Notes under the pieces: generated by a model
The model's database searches: none
Told to the model about the DNA's origin: nothing
Seen by the model: only the letters and a program-made list of their open reading frames with translations
Part shown: positions 7,821 through 16,640 of the stretch, piece by piece
Position numbering within the stretch: position 1 is the first letter of the stretch
Layout of the letters: the number at the start of each line of letters is the position of its first letter
From: Butyrivibrio sp.
GTDB taxonomy: Bacteria > Bacillota > Clostridia > Lachnospirales > Lachnospiraceae
NCBI GenBank assembly: GCA_050874365.1
Contig: JBNMKN010000001.1
Location: 1-41,541, forward strand
Reading direction: 5' to 3'
Length of the DNA stretch: 41,541 bases
Program-made: the position numbers and the translations under genes

Positions 7821-9008
7821 ATGAATAGAATTCTAAATGAAATAAAAGAAATAATTAAGCAAAAAATAAATGATTACTTACCGGAAGTAAAACCAAGTGA
7901 TTTAGAAGAGAATGGCACTGTTTATTATATGAACGGAAAAAACGGAACTGAATTTGACTGGTATGTTAATGAACACTTGCCTGGTTTTATGGTATTTTAT
8001 AATGATAAGCAAAATCTGGGTGCAGTAAAATTATTAATTTATATTGACGGTGAAGTTGCATTATATATTTATGGAGATAAAGGCAATAAACTTGTTAAAG
8101 AAGTACAAACTTCAATAGAAGTTGCAGAAAATGAATTATTTAATCTGGCAGTAATATTAAAAAGTGAAGCGGATGATAAGAGTATTTGGGATGCAAGTAT
8201 ATGTAAAATCAATACAGATGTTGAAATAACTAAAGAAGAAATAACTAAATTTCAAGATTCTGAACAATATATGGAACCAACTAAAAATAGAATGAAATTA
8301 TTAAATCAAACTGCATACCTTTCTAAAAAAATACTGGAAGAAGGCCGGAAAGTTGGATATATGTACAGAGAAGAGCCTGAAAATGAAAATGATAGTGGCT
8401 GGACTTTTTGTGCAGGAAATGAAGATAATGAATACTGTGATGATTATAAGAATATCGAATTAGTGAGTGTACGCGAAGTATATCAAATAGATCCGGATAT
8501 TTGGAATTATATAGATAATCCCGTTGGAACAGAACTTATAAGGATATCTTCTAAAGAATTTGAGATAGATAAAAGGGATAAAGAAATTTTTATGGAATTA
8601 AATGATAAAGTATATGATGAAATAAAGCAAAGAAGTGATAGGGGCAATGAACTTGCAGACACCGGGCATTATCAAGAGGCACTTAATGAGTTTAAAAAAG
8701 CATTAGAATTATTGCCACAGCCTGTCTATATGTGGGAGGCGGCCACTTGGCTGTATGTATCCATTGGTGATATGCATTTTCAGTTAAATGATTATTCCGA
8801 CAGCCTGGATTCTTTCTTGCAGGCACAGAAGTGTCCTGATGGCTTAGGAAATCCATTTATCTGCGTTAGAATTGGAGAATGTTATTTTGAATTAGGAAAT
8901 ATGGAAAAGGCAAAAGAATATTTAATGCAGGCATATATGCTTGAAGGAGAGGAAATCTTTTTGGACGCCGATCCAAAGTATTTAGCATTAATTCTTCCCT
9001 TAGTTTAA
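7821..9008 (+). CDS. Fusion: unknown N-terminal domain + DUF2185/Imm33 + TPR domain
   Basis: VGYMYREEP...DSGWTF.AG.E...DPDI motif (DUF2185); C-terminal TPR with WEAATWLY, GNPFICVRIGECYFELG, AYMLEGEEIF. Confidence 0.85.
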   Translation: MNRILNEIKEIIKQKINDYLPEVKPSDLEENGTVYYMNGKNGTEFDWYVNEHLPGFMVFYNDKQNLGAVKLLIYIDGEVALYIYGDKGNKLVKEVQTSIEVAENELFNLAVILKSEADDKSIWDASICKINTDVEITKEEITKFQDSEQYMEPTKNRMKLLNQTAYLSKKILEEGRKVGYMYREEPENENDSGWTFCAGNEDNEYCDDYKNIELVSVREVYQIDPDIWNYIDNPVGTELIRISSKEFEIDKRDKEIFMELNDKVYDEIKQRSDRGNELADTGHYQEALNEFKKALELLPQPVYMWEAATWLYVSIGDMHFQLNDYSDSLDSFLQAQKCPDGLGNPFICVRIGECYFELGNMEKAKEYLMQAYMLEGEEIFLDADPKYLALILPLV

Positions 9009-9067
9009 ACATAAAAACTATAAAAATATTAATTGATATTTGGATGCTCCTGTGTTATATTGAAAAC

Positions 9068-9087
9068 GAGTTAGTCATAACTAACTC
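9068..9087. promoter_or_regulatory. Palindromic operator GAGTTAGTCATAACTAACTC
   Basis: Just downstream of TTGATA-17-TATATT; the same GTTAG-N6-CTAAC core occurs at 37175. Confidence 0.65.
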
Positions 9088-9117
9088 TGACAATACAGAT
9101 AGGAAAGAGATAAAAAA

Positions 9118-9609
9118 ATGAATGTAGTTAATGTAATTATAGAAGGCGTTGTTTTAAGCCTATGTTTATATCTTATTTGTACATGGGGAATAAGAAACGG
9201 TGCAGTCAATATGGTTTATCTGTATGAAATGGATGTTCAGGAGCGGGTTATTGAACTTGGAATGACAACCAGAGAAAAGATAAATGCATCAGCCAAAAGA
9301 TTTAAGATAATAGGATTAATATTTTATTTTGCATATACTATAATCTGCGTATTTGTAATTAATGGGGCAAGAGGATTCTGGACAAGTTTTAGGCAGTTTG
9401 TAGGAATATTGTGGATTATGGGTGTGTTTGACAGAATCGGGGTTGATCTGATATGGGTCGGTCATACAAAGGCATGGATTATACCGGGAACAGAAGATTT
9501 GATGCCATACATTCCGTTAAAAACACATCTGATGAAGTGGGCAATGACACTTATTTTATATCCTATAATGGGTGCGTTGATTTGCTGGCTTGCAACAATT
9601 ATATTATAG
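9118..9609 (+). CDS. Hypothetical integral membrane protein
   Basis: 163 aa, about 4 TM helices, WIIPGTEDLMPYIP motif. Confidence 0.8.
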   Translation: MNVVNVIIEGVVLSLCLYLICTWGIRNGAVNMVYLYEMDVQERVIELGMTTREKINASAKRFKIIGLIFYFAYTIICVFVINGARGFWTSFRQFVGILWIMGVFDRIGVDLIWVGHTKAWIIPGTEDLMPYIPLKTHLMKWAMTLILYPIMGALICWLATIIL

Positions 9610-9648
9610 AATAAATAATTCAAAGATAGACGGTAAGGCATCCTGCAC

Positions 9649-10252
9649 AATGCAGGGTGCTTTACTGTACACCATACATAGAGGACTATATATGGGAGGT
9701 AAATACCATATCCAGCCATTGCCTTTTTATCAGGTAAACCCTGTCCAGACTGAGAAGCTTTACAATATAGCATTTGACTACGCGGGGCTTACTGGAAACG
9801 AAACGGTGTGGAACCTTTACTGCGGTATCGGTACAATCTTTCTTTTCCTTGCAAAAAAAGCAAAGAAGGTATACGACGTTGAAATCGTCCCTGAGGCAAT
9901 CGAGGACGCAGTTACCAATGCAAAGTTAAACAGTATAGACAATGTTGAATTTTATGTGGGGAAGGCCGAAGAAATACTTTTAGAAGAATACAACAAAGAA
10001 AATGTATACGCTGATGTTATTGTAGTTGACCCGCCAAGAAAGGGTCGTGACGGGGTGCTGCTTGACACCATGGTTAAGATGGCACCTAAGAGAACCGTGT
10101 ATGTAAGCTGTGATTCGGCAACATTCGCAAGGAACCTTAAATTCCTTGTGGGGAACGGTTATGAGGTAAAGAAGGTGCAGGGCGTGGAATGGTTCTGCCA
10201 CGGCAGACATGTGGAGACGGTGGTGCTACTTTCAAATACAAAGGAAAAGTGA
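9649..10252 (+). pseudogene. rlmD: Decayed copy of the rlmD 3' half (copy 2 of the direct repeat)
   Basis: Colinear with 4140-4744; lacks the TRAM and Fe-S regions; 1-nt deletion near 9703; substitutions in conserved motifs (WDLYC>WNLYC, ARDL>ARNL, DQF>EWF). Confidence 0.92.
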
Positions 10253-10769
10253 GGACACAATGAAGCATGATGAAAAGCAATTGTACACTGATGAAAAGGG
10301 CAATTTATCGTAAATTTAAAGCTTACATTCTTGAAAATATTGATTTGAAGAGTCATATTATTGTACGCTAGTAAAGAAGGTGGCTATTAGAGATGCATTA
10401 GAGAAATATGCTAACAAGTATTACATGGATAAGAATATAGAATATTTTCAAGACTATTCGATTGAAAAAGTTATAGAAAAATCAAAAGTATATGAAAAAT
10501 GGAGAACAGATTTTAATTTAATGGAGTAAAGAAAAGAATTTTTATGAATCTGTTGATTCCTAAAAAGGTAATTAAAATTGCTTAAGGCTAGGTTTAAAGG
10601 CATCCTTTGGTGCTTTTTTACTAGTGTGATTTAGGGATATCTAATTTATGAGTAGAAAAAATAATGAAAATAGTCTTGATTTATGATAAAATAGAAAAAG
10701 TTATATAATAAATTGAATAATATATAGTGTGAAGCTGGCATATAATTCTAGTCAACAAAGGAGATTTCG

Positions 10770-11318
10770 ATGAAAAAAATTATACCATTATTAGTAGCAT
10801 TACTGTTAGTTGGGTGTGGAAAAACGGCAAGTAAAAACGTAATTAAATTTACCCTTGGAGATGAAACAAAGTATATTTCATATAATGAAATGTATAGAGA
10901 TTTTGATAAATATACTTCGTATTCAGCCCCAAAGGTGGAATTCCCACTAACTATAGTTTCTTACAGTGAATCACACAGAGAAGGATACGACATTGACTCA
11001 GATAAATTTGATGAATGGGTTCAAGACCCTAGTAAAGATTTAAGTGATACATATATATATTATACAGTATATAGTTACAAAATATATGGTTATGTAGGTA
11101 ATAATGAGAATAATATTGTAGATGTCAGCTATGACCGAATTGTATATAAAAATGGAGATGAAACTGAACCGAAGTGGAGGGTAAAAAAAGGTGACGTTGT
11201 TAATTTTTCAGGTTATATGCGTATGAGGGAAGAAATGACAGAATATAAACACAATGGGGAATCGACAATGGCACCTGTGTTAGTGCCAATAGTAGAGGAA
11301 TGTGAATTACTTGAATAA
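10770..11318 (+). CDS. Hypothetical lipoprotein
   Basis: MKKIIPLLVALLLVGC lipobox; AAGGAG RBS. Confidence 0.8.
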   Translation: MKKIIPLLVALLLVGCGKTASKNVIKFTLGDETKYISYNEMYRDFDKYTSYSAPKVEFPLTIVSYSESHREGYDIDSDKFDEWVQDPSKDLSDTYIYYTVYSYKIYGYVGNNENNIVDVSYDRIVYKNGDETEPKWRVKKGDVVNFSGYMRMREEMTEYKHNGESTMAPVLVPIVEECELLE

Positions 11319-11386
11319 ATTTACAGAGATGGTGAGAGTTCGGATTGTTTTTTCTTGATGAATTTTACGAAGAATTGTACCATAAC

Positions 11387-11421
11387 TTGAACGACCTTTC
11401 AGAAATGGTGCATTGTTTAAC
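11387..11421. repeat. Hairpin repeat, degenerate copy 3
   Basis: TTGAACGACCTTTCAGAAATGGTGCATTGTTTAAC, 30/35 identical to copy 1, same orientation. Confidence 0.85.
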
Positions 11422-11475
11422 CTAAGCCCCCGGTTGGAGAGGCTTCTTTTGTGGTTGTCAAGTATACTGGAGAAG

Positions 11476-12042
11476 CTAAGCAAATTGTGCCATATGCTCC
11501 AGATAGTGCAATACTGTCTTTTTTATATATTCAGGTGTATCACTCATATCTCGTTCAATCCATTTTAGAATAATATTCCAGACAGAACCTATATTGAAAG
11601 CGATTATATACTCAACCTGTTCAGGAGTAAATGGCTGAAAAAGGGGATGGTTCGGGTTCACTACCTGCTCATGTATGATTGGAATAAAAAGATTTAATTT
11701 ATTCAAAATCAAATGTAAAAGATTATTATCCCGAAGTAAGAAAAGCAAATCCTGATTTTGCATACAAACATCAAAAATAATATCTAAAATAGTGGAAATC
11801 CGGCAATCGGACATTTGCTGCAGAGATTGTATATATCAATGTAAAATCCGCTCAATATGGGAGTTTAAAACATCGTCCTTAGAAGTGAAATTGCGATAAA
11901 AAGTTTTTCGTGCAACATGAGCTTCTATAAGAATTTGTTTTACCGCTATTTCATTATAGGGGAAAGATTTCATCAGATGCAGAAGTGTATATGTGATTTC
12001 ATTTTTGGAACGTATTGCACTGGGATTTTGAGTAGGGTTCAT
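11476..12042 (-). pseudogene. TetR/AcrR regulator interrupted by an in-frame TGA at 11836-11838
   Basis: HTH VARKTFYRNF in ORF 11836-12042; reading continues in frame (RILH*YIQSLQQMSDC) into the C-terminal ORF 11476-11814. Confidence 0.85.
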
Positions 12043-12169
12043 AAAAACTCCTTTCTGACACTTTTTTTTGAAATTGTGTCACTTGATGTTGAAATATTGA
12101 AATTGTGTTTTTTTATTCTATCATAAATAAAAAAAGACACAAGAGTCTACTTTTAGAAGGAGAATTTTT

Positions 12170-12706
12170 ATGAATGAATTTGTATGGATATTCCTGATTT
12201 TGTTTATTTTTCACGATATGGAAGAGATTATTGGTTTCGGATTATGGCTTACAAAGAACAGAGACTTTTTGGATAGCAAATATCTGAAAATCAGTAACAC
12301 ATATAAGCCATATAGCACAGAAGGTATGGCTGCGGCAGTTATGGAAGAATTAGTGCTGTGTCTGATAATTTGTATAATATCAAGGTTTACAGGATTTTAC
12401 GGACTTTGGCTGGGGGCATTTGTTGCTTATACAGTGCATCTGGTGATACACATCGGACAAAGCGTTGTGATTCAAAAATATATACCTGCATTAATCACTG
12501 CTTTAATTTGTCTGCCCGTAAGCATTTGGGTCATTGCAAATAGTATAACTTTATTATCCTATTCAGTAAGTAATGTGATTATTTATAGCTTGATTGGCAT
12601 TGGCGTCATTGCAGGAAATTTAAAAATAGCACATTGGATTATCCATATATTTACCAAAAAGATGAATGAACAGGAGGCAAAAAGGCAGGAGATAAAGATA
12701 TTATAA
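12170..12706 (+). CDS. HXXEE-domain membrane protein
   Basis: FIFHDMEEI motif, multiple TMs, HLVIH, YIPALIT; divergent from the TetR gene. Confidence 0.88.
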   Translation: MNEFVWIFLILFIFHDMEEIIGFGLWLTKNRDFLDSKYLKISNTYKPYSTEGMAAAVMEELVLCLIICIISRFTGFYGLWLGAFVAYTVHLVIHIGQSVVIQKYIPALITALICLPVSIWVIANSITLLSYSVSNVIIYSLIGIGVIAGNLKIAHWIIHIFTKKMNEQEAKRQEIKIL

Positions 12707-12788
12707 GCAATAATATATACAACGTTATAACAACGTATTGACAATGACGCGAATGGAAAATATAATAAATAAAAAAGGAGTGATATTT

Positions 12789-13064
12789 ATGGCAAACACA
12801 AATGTGACAATGAGAATGGACGAAAAAGTGAAGGCTGATCTTCAAGAGTTAATGAATGATTTAGGGCTTGATATGACAACTTTTTTTACTATGGCTGCAA
12901 AACAAGCTATTAGAGAACAAGGGATTCCGTTTTATATTTCAAGGGAAATTCCTAATGAAGAAACAATAGAGGCTTTTAAAGAAGTTGATGAAATGAAGAA
13001 AAATCCGGCGATGAGTAAATCATATACTGATGTGGATGCAATGATGGAGGATTTGTTATCTTGA
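12789..13064 (+). CDS. dinJ: RelB/DinJ family antitoxin
   Basis: NVTMRMDEKVK..LGLDMTT..QGIPF..PNEET; ATG 12789 after AAGGAGTG; promoter TTGACA-17-TATAAT at 12738-12766. Confidence 0.9.
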   Translation: MANTNVTMRMDEKVKADLQELMNDLGLDMTTFFTMAAKQAIREQGIPFYISREIPNEETIEAFKEVDEMKKNPAMSKSYTDVDAMMEDLLS

Positions 13065-13336
13065 TATATAAAATAAAGCCAACGACTAAATTTCAAAAAG
13101 ATTTGAAACGTATTCAAAAACGTGGATACGATTTGAATCTAATTAAGGACATAATTCAAAAACTGGCACACGGAGAAGATCTTCCGGAGAAAAACAAGGA
13201 TCATTCATTGACAGGAAATTATGTGGGGAAAAGGGAATGCCATATTACGCCGGATTGGTTATTGATATATGAATATGATGATGAGTTTTTGTATTTATAT
13301 CTGACTAGAACCGGAACCCATAGTGACTTATTTTAA
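13061..13336 (+). CDS. yafQ: YafQ family mRNA interferase toxin
   Basis: DHSLTG, RECHITPDWLLIY, RTGTHSDLF. Confidence 0.95.
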   Translation: MIYKIKPTTKFQKDLKRIQKRGYDLNLIKDIIQKLAHGEDLPEKNKDHSLTGNYVGKRECHITPDWLLIYEYDDEFLYLYLTRTGTHSDLF

Positions 13337-13375
13337 TTAAGAAATGGAATTGGTTATAGACTATAGAGTTATTAT

Positions 13376-13414
13376 AACAGGATTCAAATGTTGAAATATC
13401 TGAATCCTGTTTTT
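13376..13414. terminator. Terminator between convergent operons
   Basis: AACAGGATTCA...TGAATCCTGTT followed by a T tract. Confidence 0.7.
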
Positions 13415-13454
13415 CTTATAAAACTATTGCCTTTCCCCCAACTCATATCCATCC

Positions 13455-15758
13455 TCAACACCTACATTTACAATATCTGCGCCCGGCCACAACCGCGGAA
13501 ACAGCACCGACAATAATCATAACTACTGAATTAATCAGTAATGGTATTAAAGAACCGTATTGCGAAATAACCGAAGTCAACACTGATAAATAATATGATG
13601 CCGAGATGTATTTTACAAAATTTATTCCCAGATAATAGTACATAACTGAGGGGATGACTAAAATTCCGCAGGAAATTATGTAAGACAAATTAACATTACT
13701 GCACATCGAGGAGAGCAGCACAATTAATGACGATATACAAAATAAAACAATCAGTCGATATGTATAAATGATAACAATAAATTGCCGGAAGCTTATATTT
13801 ACCTGCATTTTTTCGAGGGATGTAAAGCTGTGGACAGGAGCGTTAAAAATCTGACTGCTATTTGATATAAGTGCTGCAAGTTCACCGACATATGAAATAA
13901 CCCAGACCGATGCTGCGATTATTAATACGGCTGCAAATTTTGAACGGAACAGTTTATTTCGACCCTTTGGCATTGCTTTTAACATCTGTTTTGTTCCTGA
14001 TTGTGTTTCAAATGAGATAATACCGCTTAAAATCAAAATCAAGGCAATAATCGATAATAAGGCAAGCTTTGACTGTTTATCGGCACAATTCTGATTTTGT
14101 CCGAGATTACTGCCATCATTGTAACCCAAAATGCTTTTAAAGCCTTTTTCGTCCACAAGCCATAATTTTTCATTTTTGGCATAAAGTTCTTCCGCCCTTG
14201 ATTTAACCGTTTGCAGGGCGGTTTGGTTTTTATATGCGCCCTTCAGGTTTAATTCATTCATGTAATAATCGCTGTAGTTGATTAAACCTTTTTCGTATTT
14301 TTCGGAATAGGTTTCATATTCTTGTATTTCCCGGTCATTATCTGATATAAGAACTTCTATTTTGCTTAATGTATTTTCATCAATTTCTCCCTGTAACAGC
14401 TCGTAATATTGGTTTACAATGGTCTCATCCTCTGTGTAATCCACGTATGAAACATAATTAAAATTAACAGCAATCAGCACAAGTGTCAAAAGAACAAGTA
14501 TGCCTTTCTGCAAATATAATAACTTGTATATTTCAAAACAAAGTATGTTAAAACGCATTTTAATTTTATCCGAAATACGGTTTATACATAAGGCAATTCT
14601 GCTGAAAATATTTTTGCATGTATCAGGACGTTTATATGTCTGAATCAGTATACAGATAACTGTCATAATTATGCAGAGTGGAATTACGGAAAACATACAT
14701 ATCGTTCTGATATTAACGGCATGTTCAAACAAATTAATGTTCAGGTAGTTAGTAAACAATTCCGATAAATTGATGAAAGAAAATATATTAAAGTATTTAA
14801 AAATATTCCAATAACTTTGTACAGGCAGAAATCCAAACAATATATATTCTGTTCCGAGAAAAACGGCTGTCACAACAATGCTGTATTTGATATCGTTGAC
14901 TACCGACATAAGCACATACAGTAAAACTGACACAAAAAATACGGCAATTATTTTAAATGAAAAATATATAATAATAAAATTTTTTATCGTTATGTTTAAA
15001 GGCAGACTGCCGAATATTTCAACAGACTGTAAAGGGGCATTAAGGTACTCAAATCCGCCGTAAATATAGAACGCTACCAGAAGATTTGTGCCGTAAATCA
15101 GCATAACAGATACTATGGAGGTAAAAAATAATACCATAATTCTTTTTAGTGCGAGAGAAGTCCTTCCTCCTGCACAACTGTAAATGACGCTCCATAATCC
15201 TTTTTTACGTTCATTAAGAAGCATAAGGCAGAGAAAAATAATAATCGCAAATATAAGATAGTCCGTAGCTTTAAAACTGAAAAATGCCTCTACAGCACCG
15301 TCGGAAATCAACTGCAGATTTGTGTTTTTAAGTGCTGCAAAATCATCCGCTGTTTTTTGGATATTTCTGTAGGAAAAACTTTTCGGATTATTAAAGATAC
15401 CGAATGAGGAAAGTTTTTTACTTTGTGTATCAATATCCTCAAGGTAATCATTATAGCTGCCGACATACTCCAATTTTTTTAGAAGGGTGTTGTAAATATC
15501 ATGAAATATTATTGACTCGTCCGTATCATCCGTTTCATACTCATTTATCTTTGCTTGAACAGCTTTCTTGGCTGATTCCATATCCTGATTCCTGTACTCC
15601 GACAATATCTTATTGTACTGTCGTTCATATGAAATCATATCTTCACTGTAATGCTTGTCTGCTTGTTGTGAGACAAACATTATTGTGCCTGCCGCAATCG
15701 TAAGTAAGAGGCAGATTAAAAATTTAAAATTTAAAATTACACGTTTTATTTCCTGCAT
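13455..15758 (-). CDS. Large ABC-2-type permease (internally duplicated architecture)
   Basis: Two blocks of ectodomain + TM bundle, each with an E..G...GR..L..K motif; follows the ABC ATPase. Confidence 0.8.
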   Translation of the reverse strand: MQEIKRVILNFKFLICLLLTIAAGTIMFVSQQADKHYSEDMISYERQYNKILSEYRNQDMESAKKAVQAKINEYETDDTDESIIFHDIYNTLLKKLEYVGSYNDYLEDIDTQSKKLSSFGIFNNPKSFSYRNIQKTADDFAALKNTNLQLISDGAVEAFFSFKATDYLIFAIIIFLCLMLLNERKKGLWSVIYSCAGGRTSLALKRIMVLFFTSIVSVMLIYGTNLLVAFYIYGGFEYLNAPLQSVEIFGSLPLNITIKNFIIIYFSFKIIAVFFVSVLLYVLMSVVNDIKYSIVVTAVFLGTEYILFGFLPVQSYWNIFKYFNIFSFINLSELFTNYLNINLFEHAVNIRTICMFSVIPLCIIMTVICILIQTYKRPDTCKNIFSRIALCINRISDKIKMRFNILCFEIYKLLYLQKGILVLLTLVLIAVNFNYVSYVDYTEDETIVNQYYELLQGEIDENTLSKIEVLISDNDREIQEYETYSEKYEKGLINYSDYYMNELNLKGAYKNQTALQTVKSRAEELYAKNEKLWLVDEKGFKSILGYNDGSNLGQNQNCADKQSKLALLSIIALILILSGIISFETQSGTKQMLKAMPKGRNKLFRSKFAAVLIIAASVWVISYVGELAALISNSSQIFNAPVHSFTSLEKMQVNISFRQFIVIIYTYRLIVLFCISSLIVLLSSMCSNVNLSYIISCGILVIPSVMYYYLGINFVKYISASYYLSVLTSVISQYGSLIPLLINSVVMIIVGAVSAVVAGRRYCKCRC

Positions 15759-15767
15759 TTTATCGCC

Positions 15768-16631
15768 TCATTCTGAAAGATAATACAGGTAAACATCCTC
15801 AAGAGAGATGTGGCGGCTCACAAATTCCCCTTCATCGGGAAGCTCGTCGCCGATGACACGTATATATGTAATATCATCTCTTTTAAATATATTGCCTATC
15901 TTATATTTTTTCTGCATTTCTGTAAGATTGCTCTCCGGACAGGGCAGTTCTTTTACTTTACCTTTCAGACTGTCTGTAAGCATCAGTGGAGTATCAAATC
16001 CCACAAGATGTCCGCCTTTCATCATGACAATTTTATCTGAAATGGATTCAATATCACTTACAATGTGGGTTGCAAGCAGAATAATGCGGTCCCTTGATAA
16101 AGACGAGATAAAATTACGGATTCTGATTCGCTCTTTTGGATCCAACCCTGCGGTGGGTTCGTCAAGAATCAGTACCTTGGGATTCCCAAGCAAAGCCTGT
16201 GCAAGTAATGCACGCTGTTTCATTCCGCCTGAGAATTCCCCCAGTCTTTTATGGCGTACTTCATAGAGATTGGTCGCCTGCAACATCTGTTCAATTTCAG
16301 GTCCGGCGATTTTCTTTGGTATAACCTTAATTTCCGCCATATAATACAGAAAAGTCTGTGCGGTCATATTTTCATAAATTCCCTGCTGCTGTGGCATGTA
16401 GCCAAGAACTTTTCTAAAATCTTTTCCTAATTTTAATATGTCTGTGCCATTGTACAAAATCTCGCCACCGGTACGTTTTACATTATCTGTTATTAAATTC
16501 ATCAGCGTTGATTTTCCCGCACCGTTGGCACCAAGTACACCGTAAATACCTTCGTGAAGTGTTATTGAATAATCGTCAAGGGCAATTTTTTTTCCATAAA
16601 CTTTCCGCAGATTTTTAATTTCAAGCTGCAT
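15768..16631 (-). CDS. ABC transporter ATP-binding protein
   Basis: GANGAGKST, FSGGMKQR, LILDEPTAGLDP. Confidence 0.95.
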   Translation of the reverse strand: MQLEIKNLRKVYGKKIALDDYSITLHEGIYGVLGANGAGKSTLMNLITDNVKRTGGEILYNGTDILKLGKDFRKVLGYMPQQQGIYENMTAQTFLYYMAEIKVIPKKIAGPEIEQMLQATNLYEVRHKRLGEFSGGMKQRALLAQALLGNPKVLILDEPTAGLDPKERIRIRNFISSLSRDRIILLATHIVSDIESISDKIVMMKGGHLVGFDTPLMLTDSLKGKVKELPCPESNLTEMQKKYKIGNIFKRDDITYIRVIGDELPDEGEFVSRHISLEDVYLYYLSE

Positions 16632-16640
16632 ATTTTCTCC

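Noticed and set aside
9590-10252. 220-aa ORF as a functional second RlmD
   Set aside because: The N-terminus is out-of-frame and non-homologous, the TRAM and Fe-S regions are missing and conserved residues are mutated; treated as a pseudogene.
4140-10252. Diversity-generating retroelement TR/VR pair
   Set aside because: The repeat is ~600 bp, the differences are not confined to adenines, and no reverse transcriptase is present.
4745-11421. Intact prophage or ICE integrated at rlmD
   Set aside because: No integrase, relaxase, replication or structural genes; only fragments and small genes are present.
11422-11470. Possible IS200/IS605-type end after repeat copy 3
   Set aside because: Only a weak hairpin (AAGCC...GGCTT) plus a T tract, adequately explained as a terminator; no tnpA, tnpB or iscB.
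12738-12788. ORF-track upstream starts for dinJ (12738), ABC subunit 1 (37143) and the LytTR, ArsC, XRE and TetR genes
   Set aside because: The TTG codons at 12738 and 37143 are the -35 boxes; downstream starts have clear RBSs and match family N-termini.
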